A stretch of DNA of 34,508 nucleotides, from positions 1 to 34,508 of the forward strand of contig DATCBR010000042.1 of assembly GCA_036511765.1 (NCBI GenBank). The letters run 5' to 3'. The DNA is from Acidobacteriaceae bacterium (lineage in GTDB: Bacteria > Acidobacteriota > Terriglobia > Terriglobales > Acidobacteriaceae). Positions 15,307 to 25,294 of this stretch are shown one piece after another. A program made the position numbers and the translations under genes. The notes under the pieces are model-generated. The model was not told where the DNA came from, made no database searches, and saw nothing but the letters and a program-made list of their open reading frames with translations. Position 1 is the first letter of the stretch; each line of letters opens with the position of its first letter.

Positions 15307-17499
15307 TCACATCCCCGGCGCCGTCCTGGCCGTGCCTGTCGAAGCCACCGGGGTTGCCGGCGCCGCAGCAACCGCTGGAGCCGTGACACGCATCGCCATA
15401 CGCGGGAAGCTGAAGCTGCCGCCGGCATCGTCGATCACGTTCACCTGGCAGACATAGGTCCCCGGCTTCAGCCCGGCCAGCGGCACGTCAAATTGGAAGC
15501 CAACAGCATTCCGTTCCGGGATGTTGATCGTCGTAGCCTCCACCATCGGCGTCTCGTAGACCTTTACCCCGCCCAGCATGAACTCGATGTTCGTCAGCAC
15601 ATGGACGGGTGCGCTTGTGTCCGGTTTCGCATTCGCTGCCGGCTTGGCGCTCGTCGCCGCAGGCGCTGCGCTTGCATCACCCTCTTTCGCCGGACTGTAG
15701 ACCTCATACAGGAAGTAGAGGTGCTGGTCCTGCCGGAAGACATGCGCCAAGTTGGGCACCCATTGCTGGCCGTCGCGCACCAGCGGGTCGATGGGCTTCT
15801 TCTCATTGTTCGCCTGCCGCTGGCTGGACATCACCACCGAGCTCAGCTTCAGCGGCATCTTCGCCATGTCAGGCACCTGGATGTCCGTCTCAAAGCTGCC
15901 CATGTTGCCGCTCTGGTTCTCACGCACCACAAACTTCACGTGGTATCTGCCCGGCGCCAGCGTAAAGCCCGTGGAGTACTGGACGTTCTTCTTCTGCACC
16001 TGCTGGTTCGCGTCCACAGCCAGGTTCACCGTCTGCCGCACCTGGCCCACGACGATCTGCTGCGCGTCTTTCACCTGTCCCAGGAAGTCGATCGTAGCCT
16101 TGGTCTTGTCCTTCACCGTCGCCGCGTTGATCTGCGAGCCAGGCACCACCACCGACAGCGGGATGTAGAACTTGCCGTCCGACAACTTGAAGTAGAGCGC
16201 CTGCAGGAAGACCTGCACGTCTGTCGCCGGAACGTCCGAACGCATCTGCTCCATCAACGCCAGCTCGCGGTCCTCATTCTTCGCATGTTGGAAGTCTGCT
16301 TGCGCATAGTAGCCGGGCCGGTAATCGAGCTTGGCTTCAGGATGGTTCAACAGGCTGATGGTCAGATGGCGATAGCTGCCGTCGCGCTTGTCGTTCGTCG
16401 ACTTGTACCCGATGATGTAATACGCCTCAGTGTCATGCTGCACCTGCAGGAAAGCGGGGCCAAAGTCGTTGGAATCCGTAAACAGCTTGCCGCCTGTGTC
16501 CTGCGCCAGCGTGCCCAGCGTCTCCTGCGAGGAAAAGTTGGAGTTCAGCGCGCTCTGCATGGATGCTCCGCTGTACGCCGACGTGCCGCGGAGACTGCCT
16601 TTGGACGCGTCACCCACCACATTCAGCGCCTCGAGGCCGCGCGTGTCCACGGCATACAGGGCGGTGTCGGCCTTCACGCACTCGTTGGTGGCAGAGCGGA
16701 TGCTGGCCTGGTTTTCGACGCCTTGCCGAGTCAGTCCGCCGGAGAAGTAAAGCATCGACTTCTTCTGCTCCACCTTCTCGATCGACTTGCAGACGGTGCG
16801 GATGGCATAAAGCTGGCGATCGGTGTTCAGCGAATTGAACTCGCTGTCATCGGCCGTAAAGCTCGATGAATCGTCCGAGCTGCCGTCGTTCGTGCCGAAC
16901 CCGCTGCCTTCGCTGCCGTCGTACTTGCTCACCGCCCTCAGCAGCGACTGCTTGTCGCTGGTGAAGTCCTGGTCCATGCTCAGGCCGGACACCAGGCTCA
17001 CTGCCGCGGCCAGATCGGCCGGGGCCATATGGTTGTTGATGTAATCCTTCGCCGCCGCCACCGCGCGCTGTACGTCCTCCGGCTGCATGCTGCTCAGGTC
17101 GAAGAACATCACAATCAGCCGGCGGTCCTTCAACTCCTCCGGCTTCATCGCAAAATTGTTATTCACCAGATCGGCGACGGATTTGCTCTTCGTCGCCGTC
17201 GCGCCGGAGACGGTTGAGGCCTCCTGCAGCGATACCGCCTGGTCCACGTCCTGGTAGTCGAAGGTCGTGACCTTCTGCGCTTTCTTGTCCTCAACGATCT
17301 GGAAGTCGGCTGCTGTCAGCCCCTTGATGACCGCGCCGGTCTTCCGGTCGCGCACCACTACGTTCGTCAGCACGCGGTTGACGACCGTGCGAATCGTCGT
17401 GGTGCCGCCGCCCTGCTGCGCCCGCGCCGCCGGTAGAGGTACGCCCACTGCTCCGCCTGCCATCCATCCTGCCAGAACCGCCGCTACGATCCGCCGCAT
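15307..17499 (-). CDS. VWA domain-containing protein (Acidobacterial VWFA-related, long form)
   Basis: Signal peptide, VLTNVVVRD..G..IKGLTAADF, FFDLSSM, LAQDTGG, YYIIGY...RDGSYR and YRPGYY. Confidence 0.9.
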   Translation of the reverse strand: MRRIVAAVLAGWMAGGAVGVPLPAARAQQGGGTTTIRTVVNRVLTNVVVRDRKTGAVIKGLTAADFQIVEDKKAQKVTTFDYQDVDQAVSLQEASTVSGATATKSKSVADLVNNNFAMKPEELKDRRLIVMFFDLSSMQPEDVQRAVAAAKDYINNHMAPADLAAAVSLVSGLSMDQDFTSDKQSLLRAVSKYDGSEGSGFGTNDGSSDDSSSFTADDSEFNSLNTDRQLYAIRTVCKSIEKVEQKKSMLYFSGGLTRQGVENQASIRSATNECVKADTALYAVDTRGLEALNVVGDASKGSLRGTSAYSGASMQSALNSNFSSQETLGTLAQDTGGKLFTDSNDFGPAFLQVQHDTEAYYIIGYKSTNDKRDGSYRHLTISLLNHPEAKLDYRPGYYAQADFQHAKNEDRELALMEQMRSDVPATDVQVFLQALYFKLSDGKFYIPLSVVVPGSQINAATVKDKTKATIDFLGQVKDAQQIVVGQVRQTVNLAVDANQQVQKKNVQYSTGFTLAPGRYHVKFVVRENQSGNMGSFETDIQVPDMAKMPLKLSSVVMSSQRQANNEKKPIDPLVRDGQQWVPNLAHVFRQDQHLYFLYEVYSPAKEGDASAAPAATSAKPAANAKPDTSAPVHVLTNIEFMLGGVKVYETPMVEATTINIPERNAVGFQFDVPLAGLKPGTYVCQVNVIDDAGGSFSFPRMAMRVTAPAVAAAPATPVASTGTARTAPGM

Positions 17500-17509
17500 C
17501 TCTCGTCTC

Positions 17510-17530
17510 TCCCTGTTCCCTGTTCCCTGT
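17510..17530. repeat. Heptamer tandem repeat (TCCCTGT)x3
   Basis: Three exact copies between the receptor stop codon and the VWA start. Confidence 0.85.
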
Positions 17531-17533
17531 TCT

Positions 17534-20500
17534 TTAGAACCTGAATCTCATGTTGTATGTGAAGGACCGCATCGCTGCGGCTCCGGTCACCTGGCCAAAC
17601 CGAGGATCGTTCACCGTCGTGTCCACGCCCGAATACTGCACGGTGTTGAACACGTTGTTCGCGTTCAGCCGCATCTCCAGGCTGCGCGTCTCGCCAAAGG
17701 AGACCGTCCGCGAAAGCGACGAGCTCACCGCCACCGTACCGGGCAGTTGGATCGAGTTGCGCGTCGCCGTGCCGTAGGTCCCCGCCACCGGCGCTGAGAA
17801 CGCCGCTGTATTGAACCAGCTCTGCAGACTGCCCTTACCCTTGATCGCTACGCCATAGTTGCGGTTCGGCCGCAGCGAACTGGGTGCGCCCGCCGCAATC
17901 TCCTGTGCCGTCAGTGAGTAGCTCGGCGTGGCGAAACCGCCCGTGGCAAAGGTAAACGCGCCAGAGATGTTGAAGCCGTCCAGCGCATGCGACCACAAGC
18001 CGCCCTTGTTCAGGAATGCGCGGTTCGGTCCCACCGGGGGCTCCAGCACAAAGTTGCCGGTCAGCGAGTGCCGCTGGTCGAAGCTCGAATTGCTCTCCTC
18101 CGCCAGCAGGTCCTGGTCGTTCTGCGCAATGGAATTTCCGCTGCCGCCCACGCTCGAAGCGTTATCGATCGAGTGTGCGTACGCATACGTCGCGCCCAGC
18201 GAGATGCCCTTCTGCATCCGGCTGCGCAAGTTCACGCGCAGCGTATTGGACCGCAGGAAACCCAGCGAATCCTCGTAGGTGAACTGCCCTACGGATTTCA
18301 CAATCAGGCCGCTCGGCGTGCGGTTGGGCGCGCGCAGCATATCCAGGTTGCTCGCCAGCGAACCGGTGTAGTCGACATTCAGCACCACGCCCTGCGGCAA
18401 CTGCCTCTGTATACCGAAATCCCACACCTGCACCATGCCCAGCCGGTAGTTGGGATCTACCGCATAGCTGGACTGCGTGGTCTGCGTGGTGCAGTTGAAG
18501 CCGCTGGTCAGCGTCATCACATTCGCGCCATAGTTCTGGCTCGGCAGCTGGCAACCGGTGTTCGTCGTACCCGAACTCAACACATTCTTCTGTGTCACCG
18601 AGAAGGGCTGCTGGAATGCGAGGTTGGTGGCAAACCGCGAATACTGACCGGTGTTGTAGTTGATCCCGTAACTCACGCGGACCACCGTGCTCTTGGTGAA
18701 CTTGAACTTCGGCGACCATGCGAGTGAGACACGAGGTGAATAGAGGGCCTTGTCCGGCTTCACCTGAGATCCCGGCTGCACTGCCGCGCAAACTCCCTGC
18801 GGTGAGCCCGCCGGCGCTGCGGTACCGCACACTGTGGATACCGCAAGCGAGGATCCCACTCCTGTCACATTCAGGTTCACCAGCCGGTTGTACTTCTCTG
18901 AATAGGGCGAGAAATACTCCCAACGCAGGCCGAACTGGAAGGTCAGGCCCGAACGCGCGCGCCAGTCGTCCTGCGCAAACCAGTCCCAGGAATTGCCGCG
19001 CAGATAAATCTTGTTCAGTCCGGCTGTCACGTTGGAGTTCTGCGGGAAACCGAGCAGGAAGTCGGCAAACGACGATCCCGAAGTGCCATACTGCGCGCAC
19101 TTCTGCGAGTCCGTAACCGGATCGCATGCCTGCAGTTGCGGGTTCTCCGTCGCAAATCCCGAGAAGGTAAATGATCCCAGATCGCCGCCTGTGCCGATTG
19201 AGTCCGCATGGATGCGGCGGAAGTCGAAGCCAAGCGAAAGGTTATGCCGCCCCTTGCGCCAGCGGGCCGTGTCGGAGAAAGAAATCGTCTGGTTGACCGA
19301 GTTCACCGGCGTCGTGTCGCTCAAGCCGCCGAATCCGCCTGTGATGCTGACACTGGGCACACCGTAGTAAAACGGGTTGCCGCAGATCGTCTGGGTGCCC
19401 ACGCAGATACCCGCTCCCGCCACAGGGTTGGTCAGGTACGTGAACAGGTTCGACGAAAGACTCTTCGAGCGGTTCCAGCCCAGCGTCGCGGAGTTATTCA
19501 GTCGTCCATAGCTCAGTGTGTATCCGCTGGAGAAGTTATAGCCGTCCGATTTGCTCGTTCCAGACAGCAGAGGCGAAAAGCTCGAACTCGCGCTGGCGGA
19601 GTGCTGGTAGGAGAAGTTCTCCGCGATCGATTGCGACAGCGTCGGCTTGACATTCGGCCGATTCCCGGCACCGCCCGGACCACCTGGCCCGCCGCCACCA
19701 AACCTGCCGCCGCCGCCAAAGCCGCCACGCCCTCGCTGCTGTGCGCCAAAGCTGCGGTTGAACCGTGCCGAGACCTGCGACTGGTGCGAGCTGCCCGGAA
19801 AGTTCGCCTGGAAGTTGGCCTGCGACGTGTTGATGTTGGGCTGCGGGTAGTAGTTCAACAGAGCAAGCGCGGCCTGTGCCTGCGGCGTGTTGAACTCGCT
19901 GGCCGGAATGCAGGCACTCGGGTTCGGATCGATAGCATACAGTGCTGTCAGGCAGCCCGTGTTGCCATATGGCTGGGGATTGGAGAGTGTGGAGACGAAA
20001 GGATCATAGACCACATTGGTATTCGGCGCGGCCGATGTCCCACCCAGCGGTGTCCCGACCTGATATGCCGGCGTCAGATCGCCCAGACGCTGTGCAGCGG
20101 TGGGAACAAAGATAGACGTGCTGCTCGGGTTATTCGAGCGTGTCTCTGAGCCGGAGAGGAACAGAAACTGCTTGGGATTGGGCGCCAGCAGATGCGGGAT
20201 AAACGGCGTACCCGTAAAGCTCGCCGTCAGCGAGTTCTGTGAACGGTCCGTCTTGGGTAGCGCTGAGCCGCTTGTTTGAAAATTGTTCGCGTTGATCGCG
20301 TTGTTGAAGCCCGTATAGCCAACCGATCCGTGCCACGCGTTCGGGTTCTGCGCCCGGAAGCCGCCCGGCCCGCCAAATCCGCCACCGCCACGACCGCCTC
20401 CACCACCGCCGCCGCGGCCGCCACCGCCTCCAAAACCTCCGCCACCCGGCCCGCCGCCAAAGCCTCCGCCGGGTCCACCACCGCCCGGTCCGCCAAATCC

Positions 20501-21607
20501 GCCGCCGGGTCCAGGCCCGCCGCCCGGCCCGCCAAAGCTTCCCGTCTGCATCGCGCCCTGTAGCGCGCCCGCGATATCGCCATTCCCCAGACCCTGCGCC
20601 TGAAAGCCTTGAATGCGATTTTGCAGGTCCGTCTCGCTGAACATCGCAAGGCCGTTGGTCTGCCCCTGCGTTCCCGTCACCGCGATGGAATCGTTCGCTG
20701 CCGCGCCGGCATCCTCACTGCCGAAGCCGCCCAGCGACGGCACCGACACATCGCCGCTCGTCGACCCCGACGACGCGTCCAGCAGGTTCGGGTCCTGATT
20801 GCCCTGCACGTCCAGCGACTGCGTTCCGCGGCCTTGGTTGGTCACCGTTCTCCGCCCGCCGTACGCACCCACACCGCCGCCGGGGACGCCCGGCCGACGC
20901 GCGCCTGCGCCCGGCGCGCCATTGGCAGCCTGCGTCGTCGTGCCCGGAGTACTTCTTGCTCCTGCCGGACCAGTGGCCCCTGCTGCCGGCTTTGCAGCTC
21001 CGCTGCCTGTAGCCGGTGCAGGATTGCTCGCAACTACGGGCGCATTCGTCTGCCCTTGCTCGGGCTGTACTCGCGAGGCAAGGTCCGTGGTGAACTGCAG
21101 CGACTGCGCCACATTTGCATCCGCCGGCGTGGCCGACACCTGCTTCGTCACCGTGGCGAAGCCCATCAGCTCCGTCCGCACCTCATAGGATCCCGTCGGC
21201 ACGTCCATGCGGAACGTGCCATTGATGTCCGTCGTAGTCGCATACTTCTTACCATCGCCGGAGACTGCCGTCACGGCAACGCCCGGCAACGGAACTCCGC
21301 CCGCCTTCACCACGCCCTGGATAGTCGATGTGCCTGTTGACGCCGGCTGGGCCGCGCTCGCCTCGACACCCGCAGCTGCCGTTCCTGCCTGCGCTTGTGG
21401 CTGTACCGCGCTCTGCGCCTGCCCGTCATTTGCAGCCTGCGCCATCGCTCCGGCGCACAGCGCAGCCCATGCGCCTGTAAAGATCGCCGCGCCCACCACT
21501 GCCCTCAGCTGCTTCATCACCGTTATTCGCGTCACGCACATGCTCCTCAACATCCGGCCTTCTCCGTCCGCAAGGCAAACCATTCCTGTCGACCGCCTCT
21601 GCTTCAT
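17534..21607 (-). CDS. TonB-dependent receptor-like protein with carboxypeptidase-regulatory-like domain and Gly-rich linkers
   Basis: GVPLPGVAVT..TTTDINGTF, FAQDDWR...GLRWEY, NVFNT...FGQVT and terminal RFRF. Start may be 21607 or 21517. Confidence 0.88.
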   Translation of the reverse strand: MKQRRSTGMVCLADGEGRMLRSMCVTRITVMKQLRAVVGAAIFTGAWAALCAGAMAQAANDGQAQSAVQPQAQAGTAAAGVEASAAQPASTGTSTIQGVVKAGGVPLPGVAVTAVSGDGKKYATTTDINGTFRMDVPTGSYEVRTELMGFATVTKQVSATPADANVAQSLQFTTDLASRVQPEQGQTNAPVVASNPAPATGSGAAKPAAGATGPAGARSTPGTTTQAANGAPGAGARRPGVPGGGVGAYGGRRTVTNQGRGTQSLDVQGNQDPNLLDASSGSTSGDVSVPSLGGFGSEDAGAAANDSIAVTGTQGQTNGLAMFSETDLQNRIQGFQAQGLGNGDIAGALQGAMQTGSFGGPGGGPGPGGGFGGPGGGGPGGGFGGGPGGGGFGGGGGRGGGGGGGRGGGGFGGPGGFRAQNPNAWHGSVGYTGFNNAINANNFQTSGSALPKTDRSQNSLTASFTGTPFIPHLLAPNPKQFLFLSGSETRSNNPSSTSIFVPTAAQRLGDLTPAYQVGTPLGGTSAAPNTNVVYDPFVSTLSNPQPYGNTGCLTALYAIDPNPSACIPASEFNTPQAQAALALLNYYPQPNINTSQANFQANFPGSSHQSQVSARFNRSFGAQQRGRGGFGGGGRFGGGGPGGPGGAGNRPNVKPTLSQSIAENFSYQHSASASSSFSPLLSGTSKSDGYNFSSGYTLSYGRLNNSATLGWNRSKSLSSNLFTYLTNPVAGAGICVGTQTICGNPFYYGVPSVSITGGFGGLSDTTPVNSVNQTISFSDTARWRKGRHNLSLGFDFRRIHADSIGTGGDLGSFTFSGFATENPQLQACDPVTDSQKCAQYGTSGSSFADFLLGFPQNSNVTAGLNKIYLRGNSWDWFAQDDWRARSGLTFQFGLRWEYFSPYSEKYNRLVNLNVTGVGSSLAVSTVCGTAAPAGSPQGVCAAVQPGSQVKPDKALYSPRVSLAWSPKFKFTKSTVVRVSYGINYNTGQYSRFATNLAFQQPFSVTQKNVLSSGTTNTGCQLPSQNYGANVMTLTSGFNCTTQTTQSSYAVDPNYRLGMVQVWDFGIQRQLPQGVVLNVDYTGSLASNLDMLRAPNRTPSGLIVKSVGQFTYEDSLGFLRSNTLRVNLRSRMQKGISLGATYAYAHSIDNASSVGGSGNSIAQNDQDLLAEESNSSFDQRHSLTGNFVLEPPVGPNRAFLNKGGLWSHALDGFNISGAFTFATGGFATPSYSLTAQEIAAGAPSSLRPNRNYGVAIKGKGSLQSWFNTAAFSAPVAGTYGTATRNSIQLPGTVAVSSSLSRTVSFGETRSLEMRLNANNVFNTVQYSGVDTTVNDPRFGQVTGAAAMRSFTYNMRFRF

Positions 21608-21864
21608 CTTTGACTCTTTCCTCTCGGATGGCCTGTGGACCGTGGCGGCGTCGTTGTCTCGCACCTCGCCCGGATTGGCCCTCGTATTCCCTTTCAAGCC
21701 GGAATAGCTGGAACTCGCTAGTACAGACGGGAATTCTGTCGCAAAGGACTCGCGTTGGCTGCGAATTTTCGCGCATGGTGCAACCGTCTCCGCTGAAACC
21801 CGGCACCCATGCACCGCGTCTATCTATCTTCTCTGCGCCGTGTCACTTGCGTTACACTCGCGCC

Positions 21865-22590
21865 ATGCATGATGTCCCACATCCGCACACAGAAACCCAC
21901 TTCCAATCCACCGAATCCGTGCGCGATGTCGTCATCGGCTTGTCGGATGGCCTCACGGTCCCCTTTGCCCTCGCCGCCGGACTCTCCGGGGCCGTCTCCT
22001 CCGCCCATATCATCGTGCTCGCCGGCCTGGCGGAGATCGCCGCCGGCTCCATCGCCATGGGCCTCGGCGGATACCTCGCCGCGCGCGGCGACGCCGAACA
22101 CTACGCCTCCGAACTGACACGCGAGCACGATGAGGTCATCACCCGCCCCAATGACGAAGCCGAGGAGATCTACCAGATCTTCGGCCAGTATTGCGTGCCG
22201 CGCGAAGCCGCCGCGCCCGTTCTCGCTGCGCTGCAGCAGAACCACCCCGCCTATGTCGACTTCATGATGCGCTTCGAGCTGGGCCTTGAAAAACCCGAAC
22301 CCGGCCGCGCCCTCCGCTCCGCGCTTACCATCGCCGTCAGCTACATCGCCGGCGGCCTCGTGCCGCTGCTGCCTTACATGCTGGTCGGCCGCATTGCTCT
22401 CATCGGCTCCAGTAGCGCCGCTCTCCTCGCATCGGTCGCCATCACTTTACTCGCGCTCGCCATCTTCGGCGCGCTCAAAGGCCGCCTGCTCGGCACCGGC
22501 GCGCTGCGCAGTGGATTGCAGACCACACTCATCGGTGGCGCAGCAGCGGCAGCAGCCTACGGCCTCGCCCACCTGCTCAACCGCGCTTGA
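21865..22590 (+). CDS. VIT1/CCC1 family Fe/Mn transporter
   Basis: VRDVVIGLSDGLTVPFALAAGL, AGSIAMGLGGYLA, FMMRFELGL and GGLVPLLPY. Confidence 0.92.
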   Translation: MHDVPHPHTETHFQSTESVRDVVIGLSDGLTVPFALAAGLSGAVSSAHIIVLAGLAEIAAGSIAMGLGGYLAARGDAEHYASELTREHDEVITRPNDEAEEIYQIFGQYCVPREAAAPVLAALQQNHPAYVDFMMRFELGLEKPEPGRALRSALTIAVSYIAGGLVPLLPYMLVGRIALIGSSSAALLASVAITLLALAIFGALKGRLLGTGALRSGLQTTLIGGAAAAAAYGLAHLLNRA

Positions 22591-22643
22591 ATGTACACCG
22601 GGAGGGGCACGCGTTTACGCGTGCCGCAGCCAACCAACGGTGC

Positions 22644-23147
22644 TGTCCTCCTAAGCGAAGCGGAGAGCGTCAGCGCTCCGCGAAGTCGAAGGAACCCTGC
22701 ATTTTCCTTTGGTCGTCATCCTGAGCGTCGTTTGTTCTATCCGCGTTCATCCGCGAAAATCCGTGGTTGCTTTTTTGAAAAGCGGTGTCACCGGTGCAAA
22801 TCGGTGTCGCATCGGTGAGAATCCAACCACGCCGTCATCCTTCGCGCAGCGAAGGACCCTGTATTTGTCTTTGGTCGTCATCCCTGAGCGTCGTTTGTTC
22901 TATCCGCGTTCATCCGTGAAAATCCGTGGTTGCTTTTTTGAAAATCGGTGTCACCGGTGCAAATCGGTGTCACCGGTGCAAATCGGTGTCGCATCGGTGA
23001 GAATCCAACCACGCCGTCATCCTTCGCGCAGCGAAGGATCCCTGTATTTGTCTTTGGTCGTCATCCTGAGCGTCGTTTGTTCTATCCGCGTTCATCCGCG
23101 AAAATCCGCGGTCGTTCTTAAAATCGGTGTCATCGGTGCAAATCGGC
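22644..23147. repeat. REP-like palindrome followed by ~2.7 tandem copies of a 163-182-bp composite repeat
   Basis: Units start at GAAGGA 22688, 22851 and 23033. They are near-identical, and unit 2 has an extra 19-bp AAATCGGTGTCACCGGTGC. Confidence 0.9.
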
Positions 23148-23176
23148 GTTAAGCCTTCCTCCCATGCGACCATAAA

Positions 23177-24550
23177 ATGATGCCCTCCGCCCGCATCTCC
23201 CGCCGCGCCGCCGACCGCATCCGCGCCGGCCATCTCTGGGTCTATCGCTCCGACATCGAATCGATCCAAACCGGCGAAGCTCCGGACGCGCTCCTCACTC
23301 TGCTCGATCCGCGCGGCGCTCCGCTGGGCAGCGCGCTCTACTCTTCCGCCTCCGAGATCGCCCTACGTCTCGTCTCACGCGAGCCAGACCTCACCCGCGC
23401 GCAATATCTCGCCGACCTGCGCGCGCGCATTGAGGCCGCACTCCATCTGCGCGCAACATCCCTCGCACCTGAAGCCTTCGCCACGGAAGAATCTACCAAC
23501 GCCTGCCGCCTCATCTTCTCCGAGGCCGACAGCCTTCCCGGCATCGTCGCCGACCGCTACGCCGGTCTGGTCATCCTGCAGTTGCTCACCCAGGGCACCG
23601 CGCAGGACGACGTCCGCCGAATCCTCGCCGAAATATTCTCCGCGCAGCCCTGGTGCCAGACCATCGTCGAGCGCCCCGACCCGCGCATCCGCGAGCTCGA
23701 GCATCTTCCGCCCGAGCCTGCCGCGCCGCTCTTTACTCGTACAGGCTCCGCCCAACCGCAGATGCCGTCATCCCGAGCGGAGGCGTGCAGCGTCGAAGTC
23801 GAGGGACCCCCGCATTTGTCTTTCGCCCATAACGAAACCCTCGCCACCGTCTTCTCCCTCAACGGCCTTCGCTTTCACTACGACGCCACCGCCGGCCAGA
23901 AGACCGGCGCCTTCCTCGACCAGCGCCTGAACTATCTGGCCGCCGCACGCCTCGCGGAAAGAGCCGGCATCGCACACGGACGCGGAGGCGCCCGCGGCCG
24001 TGCTTTAGACATTTGCACCTATCAGGGTGGCTTCGCTCTGCATCTCGCGCGCGTCTGCACTCACGTCACCGGCGTCGATGCCAGCCGAGCCGCGCTCGAA
24101 GTCGCCGACCGCAACGCTGCGCTAAACCCAGGCCTCCCCAGCAAAATCGACTGGATCGAAGCCGACGCCTTCGAACTGATGCGCGACTTCTCCGACCGCG
24201 CCGCATCCGACCCCACCGCCCGATACGACACCATCGTCCTCGATCCGCCCGCCTTCGCGAAATCGAAGCGCGCCGCCGAAGGCGCCCTGCGCGGCTACAA
24301 GGAACTCAATCTGCGCGCGCTCAAAATGCTCTCCGCCCCCACAGCAGGAAAATATGCCTCGCTGATCACCTGCTCCTGTTCCCATCACGTATCGCTGGCT
24401 GACTTCACTGAGGTCGTCCGTTCCGCCGCAGCCGACGCTGGCCGCCGCGTACAGATGCTTGAGGTCCGCGGCGCCGCGCCCGACCACCCCGCCATCCTCA
24501 CCCTGCCCGAGACCAGCTACCTGAAGTGCCTGCTTCTCCGCGTGGAATAA
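23177..24550 (+). CDS. rlmI: Class I SAM-dependent rRNA methyltransferase (RlmI-like, PUA domain)
   Basis: GHLWVY, SEADSLPGIVADRY, GQKTGAFLDQR, LDPPAFAK, TCSCS and PETSYLK. Confidence 0.88.
   Translation: MMPSARISRRAADRIRAGHLWVYRSDIESIQTGEAPDALLTLLDPRGAPLGSALYSSASEIALRLVSREPDLTRAQYLADLRARIEAALHLRATSLAPEAFATEESTNACRLIFSEADSLPGIVADRYAGLVILQLLTQGTAQDDVRRILAEIFSAQPWCQTIVERPDPRIRELEHLPPEPAAPLFTRTGSAQPQMPSSRAEACSVEVEGPPHLSFAHNETLATVFSLNGLRFHYDATAGQKTGAFLDQRLNYLAAARLAERAGIAHGRGGARGRALDICTYQGGFALHLARVCTHVTGVDASRAALEVADRNAALNPGLPSKIDWIEADAFELMRDFSDRAASDPTARYDTIVLDPPAFAKSKRAAEGALRGYKELNLRALKMLSAPTAGKYASLITCSCSHHVSLADFTEVVRSAAADAGRRVQMLEVRGAAPDHPAILTLPETSYLKCLLLRVE
23764..23823 (+). repeat. REP-like element inside the rlmI reading frame
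   Basis: GCCGTCATCC...CGAAGTCGAGGGACCCCCGCATTTGTCTTT shares both ends with the REP at 22831-22872. Confidence 0.75.
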
Positions 24551-24558
24551 ACTGGAAA

Positions 24559-24993
24559 CTACGGCTTCATCACGAGAAATCCCACCTGCTCTGCCGCTTC
24601 AGCCAGCTTCACATCCGCGCACAGAAAGACCCTTCCCTTGGGTCGTTCGCGGCACCAGACCAACGCAGCTCCAAGCTGGAGACTGTCGGCAGCGCGCAGG
24701 GGAAACTGAACCAACAACTCCTCAGCCTTGTCTCGCACTTCGTCGCTCGGCGCTACTTCAGACCAGCTATCCGTCAACTTTGTCAGTGCGAAGCGGGCAT
24801 CCTTGGATCCGGCTGCGTCGATCTCGCCATCCCGCTGCAATCTCGCAATCGCTCCCTTGATTTCCACTCTCGCTGACCACCATACTGCGGTTCCATATCT
24901 CGCAGTCCATCCGCGGATCCGGTCGGTATTGTCCTGCCGCACACACAGCGGGACAAGAACACTGCTGTCCCAGAATGCTACGTCACCTGTCAA
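24559..24993 (-). CDS. vapC: PIN-domain toxin (VapC family)
   Basis: FWDSSVLV, LRAADSLQLGAA, CADVKLAEAA..GF. Overlaps the antitoxin stop. Confidence 0.9.
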   Translation of the reverse strand: MTGDVAFWDSSVLVPLCVRQDNTDRIRGWTARYGTAVWWSARVEIKGAIARLQRDGEIDAAGSKDARFALTKLTDSWSEVAPSDEVRDKAEELLVQFPLRAADSLQLGAALVWCRERPKGRVFLCADVKLAEAAEQVGFLVMKP

Positions 24994-25283
24994 AATCGGT
25001 CTTCCCTATCGTCCAGAATTGCCTGCGTCGCGGCATTCCCTTTCACCTTGGGAATCCGCAGCTTCAAGAAGCTCTTGGGGTCGTAAGGCTTCTTCCTTGG
25101 TATCATCAGCCCCCGCGCCACCAGGTCGCGTTCGTCCTCCGTCATGCTGTCATCCACCGGTATCGGTACCAGTTGCGCCACCGGAGTGTTCCGGTCGCGG
25201 ACAATCACGGTCTCCCCAGCCTTCGCATACTTCACGTAGGTGCTCAAACGGTTCTTCAACTCCGCAATATTCACGCTGCGCAT
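24990..25283 (-). CDS. Phd/YefM family antitoxin
   Basis: MRSVNIAELKNRLSTYV...GETVIVRDRNTPVAQLVP with a GGAGG RBS. Start at ATG 25283. Confidence 0.9.
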   Translation of the reverse strand: MRSVNIAELKNRLSTYVKYAKAGETVIVRDRNTPVAQLVPIPVDDSMTEDERDLVARGLMIPRKKPYDPKSFLKLRIPKVKGNAATQAILDDREDRF

Positions 25284-25294
25284 GGACTCCACCT

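Noticed and set aside
22688-23147. Possible CRISPR array
   Set aside because: The sequences between palindromes are near-identical rather than unique spacers, the units are over 160 bp, and there are no cas genes in the window.
22591-23269. ORFs 22591-22818, 22709-23152 and 22970-23269
   Set aside because: They are translations of the repeat DNA (IRVHPRKS-type peptides) with no RBS or domain.
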